DNA of 64,000 nucleotides from Kofleriaceae bacterium (GCA_046597055.1 JBKJLC010000297.1:39743-103742), one strand, 5' to 3'. Positions 33,553-44,856 are shown, numbered from the stretch's first letter. The notes: generated from the sequence alone by a model not told the origin. Made by a program: numbers and translations.

Positions 33553-34398
33553 TCAGGCCAGGTCAGCGTCGAGCGCGGCCCGCATGACCGCGACCGGCGC
33601 CGCCAGCCCGGTCCACAGCGTGAAGGCGCGCGCGCCCTGGTGGACCAGCATGCCGCGGCCGTCGAGCACGGTCAGGCCGTACCCGGCCGCGCGCAGCAGC
33701 AGCTCGGTGCGCCGGTGATAGACCAGCGACACCACCGCCGCGGTCGGAGGCAGGCGCGCCAGCGGCACCGCCGCGGCCAGCTCGGCGTCGCTGGCCGGCG
33801 TCAGCCCGGCGCTGGTGGCATCGACCAGCAGCTCGGCGGTGGCGAGGTGGACCGCCAGCTCCGACCAAGGCCGCGCGTTCGCCCACGGCGACGCCGCCGG
33901 CCGCCGCGCGATCACGGTGACCGCGGCGCCCGCCGCGGTGAGCCCGGCCACCACCGCGCGCGCCGCGCCGCCACCGCCGAGCACGACCGCCCGCCGCGCG
34001 GGATCGATCCCGCCCTCGCGCAGCGCGTCGACGAAGCCATCGGCGTCGGTGTTGTGGCCGACGATCACGCCATCGTCGAAGACCAGGCAGTTCACCACGC
34101 CGATCTGGTCGGCCGGCGCCGTCACCGTCGCGCACAGGGCCCGCGCCGCCTCCTTGTGCGGCACCGTGATGCTGGCGCCCAGGCACCCGCACGCGGCGAG
34201 CCCGCGCACCGCGGCCGCCAGATCGGCCGGCGCGACCGGCAGCGCGACGAACACCGCGTCGAGGCCGGCGGCGGCGAACGCGGCGTTGTGCAACGCCGGG
34301 CTGCGCGAGTGCGCGACCGGCCACCCGAGCACCGCGCCGACCCGCGTCGTCGCCCGCACCGGGACCGGCCCCGCCAGCCGGGCACCCTCGACCGTCAT
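33553..34398 (-). CDS. aroE: shikimate dehydrogenase
   Basis: [39 protein letters not shown]. Confidence 0.94.
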   Translation of the reverse strand: MTVEGARLAGPVPVRATTRVGAVLGWPVAHSRSPALHNAAFAAAGLDAVFVALPVAPADLAAAVRGLAACGCLGASITVPHKEAARALCATVTAPADQIGVVNCLVFDDGVIVGHNTDADGFVDALREGGIDPARRAVVLGGGGAARAVVAGLTAAGAAVTVIARRPAASPWANARPWSELAVHLATAELLVDATSAGLTPASDAELAAAVPLARLPPTAAVVSLVYHRRTELLLRAAGYGLTVLDGRGMLVHQGARAFTLWTGLAAPVAVMRAALDADLA

Positions 34399-35441
34399 GC
34401 GATCATCACGTCCTCGCCCTCCGCGGCGGCGGCCGCGAGCGCGCTGGTGGCGTCACGCATCAGGCGCGCGAACGACAGCTCGCCGCCGCCGACCACCCCG
34501 GCCACCCCGGCGATCACGCGGGCGACGTGGTTGTGGCCGGCGCCGCGCACCGGCGCCGACGCCGCGACCGCCGCGACGATCCGCTGCGCCACCAGCGCCG
34601 CGCTGTCGGCGTCGGTGTAGGGCAGGAGCACCAGGAAGCGATCGTCGGCGATCTCGACCGGGAGGTCGATGTCGCGGATCGCCGCCACCACCGCGGTGGC
34701 CGCGTGCACGCGCAGATCGCGCGCGACCTGGGCGCCGGCCCGGGCCGGCGCGATCGAGCGCAGCAAGCACACCGACAGCGGGTAGGCGTACCGGCGCGCG
34801 CGCTTGATCTCGAGCTCGAGCACCCGCTGGAACAGCTCGAACGGATGGAAGCCGGTGGTGGTGTCGGCCCGACCGACCCGCTCGAGACGATCGCGCAGCC
34901 GGACCTCGTTGCCGCGCGCGGTCAGCATGGTCGCGCGCTCGGCGGCCAGCTTGGCGGCCGCGAACATCACCGGGCCCAGCCGGTCGGCTTCGTGCGGGCG
35001 CAGCGCGACCAGGTCGGCGCCGGCGGCGTGCGCCTTCTCGGCGGCGATCCGGCCGGTCCCCGCCACTGCCGCCACCAGCACCGGTCGGCGCGGCTCGAGC
35101 GCGCGGGCGGCATCGAGCACCACCTCGCCGCCGGGCAGCCCGACCAGCACCACGGCGGGCATCGGCTCGGCGGTCAGCCGCGCGACCACCTCGGCCGCCC
35201 CGCCGGCCCCGGCGCTCGCGATCACCACCTCGTAGCCCCACGCGACCAGCGCGGCGCGCGCCTGCGCCAGCGCGCCCGCCGAGGTCTCGTGGATCGCGAC
35301 CGTCGCGCGCGGCACCGGCGTCAGCTCGGCCTCCTCGACCAGCTGGGCGTCGTCGATCGGGATCGACGTCCCCTCGCGCGCCCGGATCGCCTTGCGCACG
35401 CCGGTGCGGGTGCTGGCCCGCGGCCGCGCGCGTTCCGTCAT
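34395..35441 (-). CDS. degenerate receiver + degenerate GGDEF protein
   Basis: [43 protein letters not shown] (GGDEF motif replaced). Confidence 0.75.
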   Translation of the reverse strand: MTERARPRASTRTGVRKAIRAREGTSIPIDDAQLVEEAELTPVPRATVAIHETSAGALAQARAALVAWGYEVVIASAGAGGAAEVVARLTAEPMPAVVLVGLPGGEVVLDAARALEPRRPVLVAAVAGTGRIAAEKAHAAGADLVALRPHEADRLGPVMFAAAKLAAERATMLTARGNEVRLRDRLERVGRADTTTGFHPFELFQRVLELEIKRARRYAYPLSVCLLRSIAPARAGAQVARDLRVHAATAVVAAIRDIDLPVEIADDRFLVLLPYTDADSAALVAQRIVAAVAASAPVRGAGHNHVARVIAGVAGVVGGGELSFARLMRDATSALAAAAAEGEDVMIA

Positions 35442-35526
35442 GGCGCCGACGTTACGGGCCAGCCCCGATCGGGGCAAGAACCGGCGGCCGGTTGCGGCCG
35501 CCGGCGCGGAGCCCTAGAGTCGCCCG

Positions 35527-38085
35527 ATGGAGCGGGACCGCAGGGGCCGGGGCGGCGGTGAGACCGGGACCGCGCGGCGCTCGGGCGCGGCCCCGGGCAA
35601 GCGTACGTTGACCGAGCGGTTGGGCCGGCGCTCGACAACGCCGGCCCAGCCGGCTGGCGAAGCCGCGGCTGGCGACATCGCCGGGGCCGCGATCGAGCAC
35701 AAGGGGAGTGGCGCCGCCGTGGATCCCGGCATCGCCAGCGCGGTCGCGGGGCAGGTCGGCCATGACGTCTCCGCGGCGCGGGTCCATGGCGACGAAGACG
35801 CGGCGGCGGCCGCCGATGCACTGGGCGCGCGCGCGTTCGCCTACGGCGATGACGTCTTTCTCGGCACCGGCGAGAGCCCGCACGACACAGCGCTGATGGC
35901 CCACGAGCTGACCCACGTCGCCCAGCAGAGCGGCCAGGCCGCCCGCGCCCAGCGCCAGGTCGAGGTCGGCGCGCAGGATCACCCAGCCGAACAGCACGCC
36001 GACGCGGTGGCCGCGCGGGTGGCGGATGGCGCCCCCGCGGCCACGCTGGTGGTCGCCGATGGCGCGACGCCGGCCGCGGGTCAGCTGACGCGCGCCGAGT
36101 TCCTCGCGCTGCTCCATGCCGAGGTGATCGCCGCCGCCAGCGACGCCCTGGGTCCGATGTGGTCGGTCGCCGGATGCCCCTACATCGAGCGCTGGTTCGC
36201 CCAGCACCAGGACACCGACGCGACCCAACTCGAGGCGCTGGCCCGACGGTACGCCGGGACCGGCGTCCCGCTGACCGCCCGCGACTACGTCGCTCCGATC
36301 TGCGCGCGGTTGCGCGGGGGCATCATCCGATGGCGCGATGGCGAGGACGTCGGCGCCGAGCTCGCCGCCGCCGGGCTGGGCGCGGCCGCCGACGCCGCCG
36401 GCACCGGGCCCGGGGCACCGGCTCCCGAGGGCGATGGCGACGCGTCGGTCCGCCGCGTGGTCGCCGAGCTCGGCACCGGCGACGCACTGGAGTCATCGGT
36501 GCGGGCCCGCATGGGCGACGCGCTCGGCGAGGATCTCGGGGACGTCCGGGTCCACACCGGGACCCCTGCCGCCCGCCTGGCAGCGCGCGAGGGCGCCGCC
36601 GCGGTCGCGGTCGGCAGCCACGTCGCCTTCGCGGACGGGCGCTACCAGCCAGGCGAGCCGGCCGGCGACGCGTTGATCGCGCACGAGCTGGCGCACGTGG
36701 TCCAGCAGCGCGGCGCGACCTCCGTCGATGCCGGCGGCGGCGACACCGCGCTCGAGAGCGACGCCGATCAGGTCGCGGTCGGGGCCGTCGCCCGGCTCTA
36801 CGGCGGGATGAAAGCCGCGGTCGGGCGATCCTCGGTGGCGATGAAGAGCGGCCTCGGCCTGCGCCGCTGCAACAGCTCGCAGACCAGCGCCCCGCGCGAT
36901 GCCGGCGCGATCGCGGGTGCGCCGGCGGCCCAGCTCACGCCGGTCGAGCGCGCGCTCGACGGCCAGGATCCCTTCACGGTCGCGCTCGCGACGCTGTCGA
37001 TCGGCGACTACGCCGCGCTCGCGCCCGCCGACCGCCAGCGCTGGATCGAGCGGTGGTCGCCCCGCGGCCACATCGACGAGCTGCTGGCGCTGATCCCGCG
37101 GGCCGACATCTCGGTCGGTGGCACGCACGAGGCGACCATCCGCGACATCCTCCAGCGCGTGCAGCGCGCGGGCGCGCTCGAATCGGCCCAGGCCAGCGGC
37201 CTGGGCGACCAGGCCGCGATGGCGCAGGCCCAGGCCACCCACATGCACACCGCCAACCAGGCGGCGGCCGCTGCCGCCGCGGCGCCCGGGACCACGCCGT
37301 CGGCCGCGGACGTGGCCGCCCAGCAGAGCGGCCAGGTCGCGGCCACCTCGATCGCACCGCAGACGGCGACCCTGACCCCGCAGCGCGAAGCCGCGGTCAC
37401 CGCCCAGGCTCACACCGCGGTCGCGACCTTCATCACCTGGGTTCACGGCGCGCACCCGACCCTGCCGATCACCGCCGCCAACTTCTCGATCGAGGTGCGC
37501 GGGGTGTTCGAACGTGGCGACGGCATCGTGGCCTATGCGGTCGCCGGCACCCCGCCCAAGGTAGGCGTGGGCGAGCCGTTCGTGCAGATGGTCACCGCCA
37601 ACCCGGCCTACGCCCTGCCGACGGTCGTGCACGAGCTGTGGGGGCACAACGAGTACGGCGAGTACGGCGCGCCGGGCGCCGAGTACGGGCTCGAGCTGTA
37701 CGATCAGGCCGCCGCGCTGATGCCGGGCTACACCCAGCCGGGTGGCGACGCGCGGACCTCCGAGCTCGACGCCTACGGCTACCAGGAGACCGAGATGTAC
37801 TCGCTGATGCGCGAGGTCGAGTACTACACGCCCAACGCGCCCAACCACGGGCACCTGGCGGACATGAACTACGACCCGATCCCGGCGATCCGCGACCGGG
37901 TCGAGAACATCGTCAACCAGTTCGAGCCGCGGGTGGCCAAGGCGCACTGCCGCGGTCTGTACCAGCGTTACAGCATCGAGCCGCGCATCGTACCCGCCGC
38001 CCTCGAGGCGTTCCGGGACGGCGTTCGCACCCACGTCCGCCCCCCGCGATTCACCCCCGCCGACGTCGCCGCCATCCTCCGATGA
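35527..38085 (+). CDS. tandem DUF4157 (eCIS-core-type) protein with C-terminal putative toxin domain
   Basis: PGKRTLT N-terminal motif; two HELxHVxQQ domains; C-terminal VVHELWGH motif. Confidence 0.85.
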   Translation: MERDRRGRGGGETGTARRSGAAPGKRTLTERLGRRSTTPAQPAGEAAAGDIAGAAIEHKGSGAAVDPGIASAVAGQVGHDVSAARVHGDEDAAAAADALGARAFAYGDDVFLGTGESPHDTALMAHELTHVAQQSGQAARAQRQVEVGAQDHPAEQHADAVAARVADGAPAATLVVADGATPAAGQLTRAEFLALLHAEVIAAASDALGPMWSVAGCPYIERWFAQHQDTDATQLEALARRYAGTGVPLTARDYVAPICARLRGGIIRWRDGEDVGAELAAAGLGAAADAAGTGPGAPAPEGDGDASVRRVVAELGTGDALESSVRARMGDALGEDLGDVRVHTGTPAARLAAREGAAAVAVGSHVAFADGRYQPGEPAGDALIAHELAHVVQQRGATSVDAGGGDTALESDADQVAVGAVARLYGGMKAAVGRSSVAMKSGLGLRRCNSSQTSAPRDAGAIAGAPAAQLTPVERALDGQDPFTVALATLSIGDYAALAPADRQRWIERWSPRGHIDELLALIPRADISVGGTHEATIRDILQRVQRAGALESAQASGLGDQAAMAQAQATHMHTANQAAAAAAAAPGTTPSAADVAAQQSGQVAATSIAPQTATLTPQREAAVTAQAHTAVATFITWVHGAHPTLPITAANFSIEVRGVFERGDGIVAYAVAGTPPKVGVGEPFVQMVTANPAYALPTVVHELWGHNEYGEYGAPGAEYGLELYDQAAALMPGYTQPGGDARTSELDAYGYQETEMYSLMREVEYYTPNAPNHGHLADMNYDPIPAIRDRVENIVNQFEPRVAKAHCRGLYQRYSIEPRIVPAALEAFRDGVRTHVRPPRFTPADVAAILR

Positions 38086-38774
38086 GCCGCGCCACGCTCG
38101 CGCTGTTCCTGTTGCTGGCGTGTCGCACTCCGGCGCGTCAGGAAGGCCACGACGACATGCCGACCTCCCCGCCCCCCGCGACTTCGCCCTCCGCCGACGC
38201 GGGCGCCGCCAGCGCCGACGGTGAGGTCGAGGCCCAGCTGCGCCTGGCCCTCGGCCCGCACGGCAGTGGTCCCGATCTGCGCGAGCGGGCGCGCGCGACC
38301 GACTGGCTCGTCGCCCACGCCGATCGCGCGTACCCGGTCGTCCTCGCCCGCGCGCGGACCGCCCCGGCGGCGGGCGGGCTGGCGCTGCTCGGACGCTTCG
38401 ACCGGGCCGAGTCGATCGAAGTCCTGGCCGCGATCCTCGAGCGCGGCGACCCGCTGGCGAGCGAGGCCGCGGTCGCGCTCGGCGCCGCGCGCGATGCGGC
38501 CGCGCTGGTCGCGCTGCGCCGGGCCGCAAGCCAGTCCGCGGAGCCGGTCATCGTGGCCGCGCTCGACGGCCTGCGGGTCCGCAAGGATCCCGCCGGCTGT
38601 GATGCGATCTTGCCCCGGCTGGCCCATGCGTCGGCCGAGGTGCGGTGGATGGCGGTGCACGCCGGCAGCGAGCTCGGCTGCCTCGACCGGACCACCCTCG
38701 AGGCGCTCGCGACCGACGACGCCGACGCGACCGTGCGCGACCTGGCCCGGCAGCGAGCCGGCACGACGCCGTGA
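38082..38774 (+). CDS. HEAT-repeat lipoprotein (candidate immunity protein)
   Basis: ATGA overlap; lipobox LLAC; HEAT-like repeats (EVRWMAV, TVRDLAR). Confidence 0.72.
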   Translation: MSRATLALFLLLACRTPARQEGHDDMPTSPPPATSPSADAGAASADGEVEAQLRLALGPHGSGPDLRERARATDWLVAHADRAYPVVLARARTAPAAGGLALLGRFDRAESIEVLAAILERGDPLASEAAVALGAARDAAALVALRRAASQSAEPVIVAALDGLRVRKDPAGCDAILPRLAHASAEVRWMAVHAGSELGCLDRTTLEALATDDADATVRDLARQRAGTTP

Positions 38775-38798
38775 CCCACGGCGCGTGCATCCCGCGCG

Positions 38799-40151
38799 CT
38801 ACTCGGCGTCGGTCTCGGTGACGGTCGCCCGGGCCCGCCCGCGCGCGAAGCGCAGCTCGAGCGCCGTGCCGGGCGCGAGCTGCGCCGCGTCGGTGACCAC
38901 GTGGCCGGCCGCGGTCGCCAGCGCGTATCCGCGCTGCAGCACGCGCAGCGGCGACAGCGCCTCCATGCGACCGACCACCTGGCCCAGGGTCGCGCGGCGC
39001 CGGTCGAGCACCTTGCGCATCACCGCGTGCAGCGCGGTCTCGCCCCGCTGCAGCTGCGCCCGGGCGGTCGCCAGCCGTGGCGCCGGGCTCTTCGCGCGCA
39101 GCCGCGCCTCGAGCCGCATCAGCTCGGCGCGGCGATGGGCGACCTGCACCCGCGGATGCGCGGACGCCAGCCGGATCTCGAGGCGGCGCAGCTCGGCGGT
39201 GCGGTGGGCGAGCCGCGCCGCGACCAGCCCGCGGGCCTGCTCGGCGATCCCGTCGAGCTCCTGCCGCGCGTCGCGCAGGCGCAGCGCCAGCTCGCGGCGC
39301 ATCCGCCGCGCCTCGGTCGCGAGCCGGGCGACCAGCTCGTCGCGCACCGGCACCACCAGCTCGCCAGCGCCGGTCGGGGTGGACGCCCGTCGATCGGCGA
39401 CCAGGTCGCACAGCGTGATGTCGACCTCGTGGCCGACCGCGCTCACCACCGGCACCGTACACGCCGCGACCGCGCGCACGACCCGCTCGTCGTTGAACGC
39501 GATCAGATCGGTCGTGGCCCCGCCGCCACGCCCGAGGATCACCACGTCGACGTCGGCCCGCTGCACCACCCGCAACGCGGCGACGATCTGCCCGGGTGCG
39601 CTGGCGCCCTGCACCACGCAGTCGGCGACCACGATCTGCGCCGGCGGGAACCGGCGCTGGATCGTGCGGATGATGTCGCGCAGCGCGGCGCCGGTCCGCG
39701 AGGTCACCACGCCGATCTTGCGCGGCAACATCGGCAGCGGGCGCTTGCGCGCCTCGGCGAACAGGCCTTCGGCCGCCAGCCGGCGCTTGAGCTCCTCGAG
39801 CGCCGCGGCCGCCTCCCCCAGCCCCGCCAGCTCGACATGATCGACGTAGAGCTGGAGCTTGCCGTCGCGATCGAACACGCCGAGCTTGCCGCGAACCTTG
39901 ACCCGGACCCCGGGCTCCAGCGTGAAGCGCAGCCGCTGTGCGCTGGTGCGCCACAGCACCGCGGGCATGCAAGCCCCGCGGTCCTTCAGCACGAAGTAGA
40001 CGTGGCCGCTGACCGGCCGTTTGACCTCGCCGGCCTCGCCCTCGATCCACAGGAGACCGAAGCGCTCGACCGCGGCATTGGCCCACCGCACCGCGTCGGG
40101 GACCGTGAGCGGACGTTCGCGCGAGGCCGGCTTCGGCGCGACGTCCGACAC
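38799..40151 (-). CDS. xseA: exodeoxyribonuclease VII large subunit
   Basis: SGHVYFVLKD, GRGGG, VVSAVGHEVD, RASTPT, LSPLRVLQRGYA. Confidence 0.95.
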   Translation of the reverse strand: MSDVAPKPASRERPLTVPDAVRWANAAVERFGLLWIEGEAGEVKRPVSGHVYFVLKDRGACMPAVLWRTSAQRLRFTLEPGVRVKVRGKLGVFDRDGKLQLYVDHVELAGLGEAAAALEELKRRLAAEGLFAEARKRPLPMLPRKIGVVTSRTGAALRDIIRTIQRRFPPAQIVVADCVVQGASAPGQIVAALRVVQRADVDVVILGRGGGATTDLIAFNDERVVRAVAACTVPVVSAVGHEVDITLCDLVADRRASTPTGAGELVVPVRDELVARLATEARRMRRELALRLRDARQELDGIAEQARGLVAARLAHRTAELRRLEIRLASAHPRVQVAHRRAELMRLEARLRAKSPAPRLATARAQLQRGETALHAVMRKVLDRRRATLGQVVGRMEALSPLRVLQRGYALATAAGHVVTDAAQLAPGTALELRFARGRARATVTETDAE

Positions 40152-40223
40152 GTGCTGACCCTACCGAGATGACACGAACCCTGCAACCCAGCCGGGTGGC
40201 GCGGTGTCGGATGAGACGATAGG

Positions 40224-41390
40224 ATGCCTGAAGTCGCCATGGCCGAGGATCGCAGGGACGTCGTCGCCACCCCGCCCGCGCCGCCCGAGTCGGGGGCGCC
40301 GCGGGGCAAGGACGAGCTGGATCCGGAGCTGATAAACCTGCGGCGCCCGGCGCCGCGGGTCGGCATGATCACCTCGGCCGCGATCGTCCTTGGCTGCATC
40401 GTCCTCATGATCCGGCTGCGCCACGACTTCGCGTTCGCGCGCGCGGCCGAGACCCCGCGCGCGGTCGCGATCGCCGACGTGGTCGCCGGCAAGATCGCCG
40501 ACGAGAGCTACGTGACGTTCGGCGCGCCGCTCGAGCGCGCGGCCGCGGTGCGCGCCCGCGTGACCGAGGCCAACGCGGGCACCCGGGTGGTCCCGGTGGC
40601 CGGCTCGGGCGACCGCCTGTGGATCGCGGTCCCCGGCGACGCGTGGACTCCGTACCAGCACGACGAGGTCGTCGCCGGCCGCCTGCGCGCGATGTCGGCG
40701 GTCCGCTTCGCCGAGGCGATCGCGGGCCACGTCGCGCGGGACCCATCGCCGCGGTTCGTCACCGGCGCCGAGCTGCGGCGAGCCCAGCTCGCCGCCGGCG
40801 CCGGCCCCGAGGTCGAGATCGTGGGCGGCGGTCGCCTCGCGGTGCGCACCACCGACGAGGTCGAGATCGTCGTGCCCGATCCGGCGGCGTCGATGGTGGT
40901 CGCCACCTTCAGCCCGCGGCTGCCCGACGTGGCGGCGTGGACGACCGCGCTGGCCAGCGCCGGCGTGATCGCGGCGGGCACCGCGCCGACCCGCACCACG
41001 GAAGATACCGCGCGGTGGGAGGTCCGCCGCGCGAGCACCGAGGTCGCGCAGGCGCTCGAGACCGCCGCCCTGTGGGGCGCGCGCGCCGAGCCGGCGACCG
41101 CCCGCTTCCGGGCACCGTGGGACCAGCTCGCCGTCACCGACGAGGGCGTGCGAGGGCCGACGGGCGTCATCCCGTGGAGCCTGGTCGATGTCGCCGCGAT
41201 CTGGGCCCCGCGCGCGGTGCCCGCCGACGCGCGGGTGCTGCTCGTCGACGAAAAGCCCGGCAACTACTGGTACTTGCCGCCGGTGTACGTCGGGCTGGGC
41301 CTGTTCGCGGTGCTGTTCACCTGGGCACTGGTCCTCGCGATCCGCCGTCACTTCTTCGACCAGCCCCGCGTCACGCCCGCGCGCGCCTAG
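40224..41390 (+). CDS. membrane protein with large periplasmic loop
   Basis: N- and C-terminal TM helices; alternative ATG at 40239. Confidence 0.7.
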   Translation: MPEVAMAEDRRDVVATPPAPPESGAPRGKDELDPELINLRRPAPRVGMITSAAIVLGCIVLMIRLRHDFAFARAAETPRAVAIADVVAGKIADESYVTFGAPLERAAAVRARVTEANAGTRVVPVAGSGDRLWIAVPGDAWTPYQHDEVVAGRLRAMSAVRFAEAIAGHVARDPSPRFVTGAELRRAQLAAGAGPEVEIVGGGRLAVRTTDEVEIVVPDPAASMVVATFSPRLPDVAAWTTALASAGVIAAGTAPTRTTEDTARWEVRRASTEVAQALETAALWGARAEPATARFRAPWDQLAVTDEGVRGPTGVIPWSLVDVAAIWAPRAVPADARVLLVDEKPGNYWYLPPVYVGLGLFAVLFTWALVLAIRRHFFDQPRVTPARA

Positions 41391-41401
41391 CGCACCGAAC
41401 G

Positions 41402-41553
41402 GTTGAAACGTCTGCTGCGACGCGCATTTGCGGGCGCTGCCGGGCGTACGTTCGATGCGCTCCTCACGTAGGTGCACGACGCGCGTCGCGGCGCTTCGGG
41501 CGTGCGCCCGGCTCCGCCTCGCAACTGCGCCGTCTCGCGAAGACGTTCGCAAC
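41402..41553. repeat. about 150-bp imperfect palindrome (MITE/REPIN-like)
   Basis: Arms GTTGAAACGTCT/AGACGTTCGCAAC and GGCGCTGCCGGGCGTACG/CGTGCGCCCGGCTCCGCC pair in nested order. Confidence 0.6.
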
Positions 41554-41620
41554 GACGCACCGCCGCGGCGGCGAGGTCCTGCGTTCAGGCCGCCCGGGCG
41601 CGCGTGCTACAACGGCCGCC

Positions 41621-43138
41621 GTGACGCCGCCCTCGGTCCGACTCTACGACTCCCTGCACCGGCAGAAGGTCTCCTTCGAGCCGCTCGTCCCTGGCCAGGT
41701 CGGGATGTACCTGTGCGGCCCCACGCCCTACGCACCGGCCCACATCGGCCACGCCTACTCGGCGATCTGCTTCGACGTCATCCGGCGGGCGCTGGTCTTC
41801 CTCGGCTACCAGGTCACCTTCGTCCGCAACATCACGGACGTCGAGGACAAGATCATCCGCGCCGCCAACGAGCGCGGCGAGGACTCGCTGGTGCTCGCGG
41901 CCCGCTACGCCGACGCCTACAACGCCGACATGCAGCGGTTCGGCACGCTGCCGCCTGACCGCGAGCCGCGCGTGTCGACCCACATCGCGGAGATCATCGC
42001 GATCACCGCGCGCCTGGTCGAGCTCGGCAAGGCCTACGCCGTCGAGGGCGACGTCTATTTCGAGGTCGCGACCTTCCCCGCGTACGGCCGGCTGTCGGGC
42101 CAGTCGATCGACGATCTCGAGGCCGGCGCCCGGGTCGAGGTCGACGAGCGCAAGCGCGCGCCCCAGGACTTCGCGCTGTGGAAGACCGCCAAGCCGGGCG
42201 AGCCGTCGTGGGACTCGCCGTGGGGCAAGGGCCGGCCCGGCTGGCACATCGAGTGCTCGGCGATGTGCGTCGCCCACCTGGGGGAGACCTTCGATCTCCA
42301 CGGCGGCGGCAAGGACCTGGTCTTTCCGCACCACGAGAACGAGATCGCGCAGTCGCAAGGCGCCTACGGCGAAGGCACCTTCGCGCGCCACTGGCTGCAC
42401 AACGGCTTCCTGAACTTCGGCGGCGTGAAGATGTCGAAGTCGCTCGGCAACGTGTTCGGCTGCGCCGAGGTCGCCGCGGCCGCCGGCCCCGAGGCGGTGC
42501 GCTTCTTCTTCGTCTCGCACCACTACCGCTCGCCGATCGACCTCGAGGTCGAGGTGATCAAGGACGCCGCCGGCACCGAGACCGGCGTGCGCTTCATCGG
42601 CTTCGAGCCGGCCGACCGCCGCCTCGACTACTTCTATACAACGCTCAAGCGCATCGACGACTTCGTCGCCCAGGGCGGCGATGGCGGCGAGGGCGCGGTG
42701 GTGCCCGATGCCGACCTGCTGCCCGCGGCCGCGCGCGACGCGCTCGCCGACGACTTCAACGCCCCGGTCGTGGTCGCCGCGCTGGGCGAGGCCGCCAAGG
42801 TCGCCAACCGCTTGCTCGACGAGGGCAAGGGCCTCGACAAGGCGGTGCGGCGCCGCTCGCTGGCCCGGCTCGGCCGCGATCTGCGCGCGGTCGGCTGGTC
42901 GCTCGGCGTGCTCGGCGACGAGCCCGCCGCCTACCTCGCGGCCCGCCGCGATCGGCTCGCCCGCCGCCGTGGCATCGACGCGGCCCAGGTCGCGAGCCTG
43001 CTCACCGCCCGCACCGACGCCCGCAAGGCCAAGGACTTCGCGCGCGCCGACCAGATCCGCGGTGAGCTCACCGGCCTCGGCGTCGAGGTGCTCGACACCC
43101 CGGGCGGCAGCGACTGGCGCGTGATCGAAGCCGGCTGA
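41621..43138 (+). CDS. cysS: cysteine--tRNA ligase
   Basis: [34 protein letters not shown]. Confidence 0.97.
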   Translation: MTPPSVRLYDSLHRQKVSFEPLVPGQVGMYLCGPTPYAPAHIGHAYSAICFDVIRRALVFLGYQVTFVRNITDVEDKIIRAANERGEDSLVLAARYADAYNADMQRFGTLPPDREPRVSTHIAEIIAITARLVELGKAYAVEGDVYFEVATFPAYGRLSGQSIDDLEAGARVEVDERKRAPQDFALWKTAKPGEPSWDSPWGKGRPGWHIECSAMCVAHLGETFDLHGGGKDLVFPHHENEIAQSQGAYGEGTFARHWLHNGFLNFGGVKMSKSLGNVFGCAEVAAAAGPEAVRFFFVSHHYRSPIDLEVEVIKDAAGTETGVRFIGFEPADRRLDYFYTTLKRIDDFVAQGGDGGEGAVVPDADLLPAAARDALADDFNAPVVVAALGEAAKVANRLLDEGKGLDKAVRRRSLARLGRDLRAVGWSLGVLGDEPAAYLAARRDRLARRRGIDAAQVASLLTARTDARKAKDFARADQIRGELTGLGVEVLDTPGGSDWRVIEAG

Positions 43139-43155
43139 GCCCTGGCGAGCTGTTT

Positions 43156-43428
43156 CTAGGCGGGCGGCGGCGCCAGCGCCAGCAAGCGATCGAGCTCGCC
43201 GCGACGATCGAGGTCGGCGAGGTCGGTGTAGCCACCGATCGCGCGGCCATCGATGAAGATCTGAGGAACCGTCCGACGCCCGGTGACCTCGACCAGCCAG
43301 CGGCGCCGGGTCGTATCGTTGGTGACGTCGTGCTTGTCGTACGCGAGGTTCTTCTGGTCGAGCAGCCGCTCGGCGCTCCGGCAGTAGCCGCAGTACGACG
43401 TGGTGTAGACGGTGATGCGGGCGCTCAT
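43156..43428 (-). CDS. grxC: glutaredoxin 3
   Basis: CGYC, RTVPQIFI, IGGYTDL. Confidence 0.9.
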   Translation of the reverse strand: MSARITVYTTSYCGYCRSAERLLDQKNLAYDKHDVTNDTTRRRWLVEVTGRRTVPQIFIDGRAIGGYTDLADLDRRGELDRLLALAPPPA

Positions 43429-44720
43429 TCCTCGCTCGTGTCCTCCGACAGGTACGCCAGTATGACCTCGTCGAGGCTGCGCTCCGAGATCAGATCGCCT
43501 CCGATGCCCTCGTGGGTGTCGCGGGCTCGGCGGATCTTGGAGACGCCGGGCGCGGGCGTTCCGACCTGCTTGGGTGGGCTGCCGACGATGACCGCCGGGC
43601 GCGAGACCACCACGCCGCCGGTGACGGGGCGGCCGCGCGGCGTGTGAGGCTGGGTTGGCGGCTTGGCCGCGGGCATCACCGGCGCTCGTGGCACCTGCGG
43701 CGGGACCGGGTCGGGTGCACCCGGCGGCAGGTTCGGCCGCGGGATCGTCGGTGCGGTGGGCCGGGAGACCGGGCCGCTCGTCGACGGCACCGGCGGCGCC
43801 ACGTTGCGCAGCGTGCTGGGCGAGGTCGCTGGCGCCGGCGCGGCCGCGCGCGGCACCGCCGGCACGCTGGTCGGCGGCTTCACCGTGGCCGGCGCCGACC
43901 GCGCCGGCGGCGCGCTTGCGGGTGCGGGTGCCGCGGCCTTGGGCAGCGGCTCGATCGGCGTGCTGGGGCGGCGGGTAACGCTGTACTGCCCCGCGGGCGG
44001 CGCTTGCTGGAGCCCGGGCGGCGCCGCCGCCGACGGCAGCGCCGGCGAGTGAATCTCGGCGACCTCGACCAACCCGGCCGTGGCCAGCTCGTCGTCGCCG
44101 ACCTCGGCCCCGTGGATCGCGTTGATCGCCTGGGACACCTCGCGCGGGCCCGCCGCCACCCGCGCGCCGAGGCGCTCGGTCGTGGGTCCCGGCTTCATCC
44201 ACGCCGCGACCCGCTCGGTCGGGGCCCGCCCCATGGTGTCGGAGGCGGCGGTCGGCGTGTCGTCGGAGGAGTCGAGGATCGTGGGGATGGGGTCGGTGCG
44301 CTCGCCCCGGTAGTCGTGCAACTCGGCCTCGGTGGCCGCGGTGGGCTCCGAGACCTCGATCGTGACCTCGAGCGGAACGCTGGTGTCGCTCTCCGAGCCG
44401 GCCCGCACCGGCACCGCGTTGCGCGGCAGCAGGCCGGGCACGTCGACGAGGTACGAGTCGATCTTCGCGTCGAAGGCGCCCCGCTTCAGATCCTTCATGG
44501 CGGCCTTGTGCTGGGCCTGCATGAGCGACTTCACGGACTCCTCGGCGGAGCCCGGGTCGTAGACCATCTTGCGCGACGACAGGATCGTCCCACCGTGGAA
44601 CAGGTGGGTGAAGACGTGCGGGTTTATGATGCCCGAGTCCTCGGTCTGCACATGGAACACAATGCCCCGGTAGCGGACGTTGTGGTTGTAGCCGAGGATC
44701 GGCGAACGCTTGGCGCTCAC
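43425..44720 (-). CDS. myxobacterial-type hypothetical protein with Pro-rich linker
   Basis: N-terminal GYNHNVRYRG..FHVQTEDSG domain; C-terminal LISERSLDEVILAYL. Confidence 0.8.
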   Translation of the reverse strand: MSAKRSPILGYNHNVRYRGIVFHVQTEDSGIINPHVFTHLFHGGTILSSRKMVYDPGSAEESVKSLMQAQHKAAMKDLKRGAFDAKIDSYLVDVPGLLPRNAVPVRAGSESDTSVPLEVTIEVSEPTAATEAELHDYRGERTDPIPTILDSSDDTPTAASDTMGRAPTERVAAWMKPGPTTERLGARVAAGPREVSQAINAIHGAEVGDDELATAGLVEVAEIHSPALPSAAAPPGLQQAPPAGQYSVTRRPSTPIEPLPKAAAPAPASAPPARSAPATVKPPTSVPAVPRAAAPAPATSPSTLRNVAPPVPSTSGPVSRPTAPTIPRPNLPPGAPDPVPPQVPRAPVMPAAKPPTQPHTPRGRPVTGGVVVSRPAVIVGSPPKQVGTPAPGVSKIRRARDTHEGIGGDLISERSLDEVILAYLSEDTSEE

Positions 44721-44856
44721 GGTCTCTCTACGTGCAACGTACCACGGTCCGTGGTTACCAAGGAGGTTGTAAACTCGCCCATTGGCTGGTACTCCAGCGC
44801 AGGGGCCATGGTGGCCCGCTACCGTCTACTGTCCTTTTACGGAAAGAGCCTTTCCT

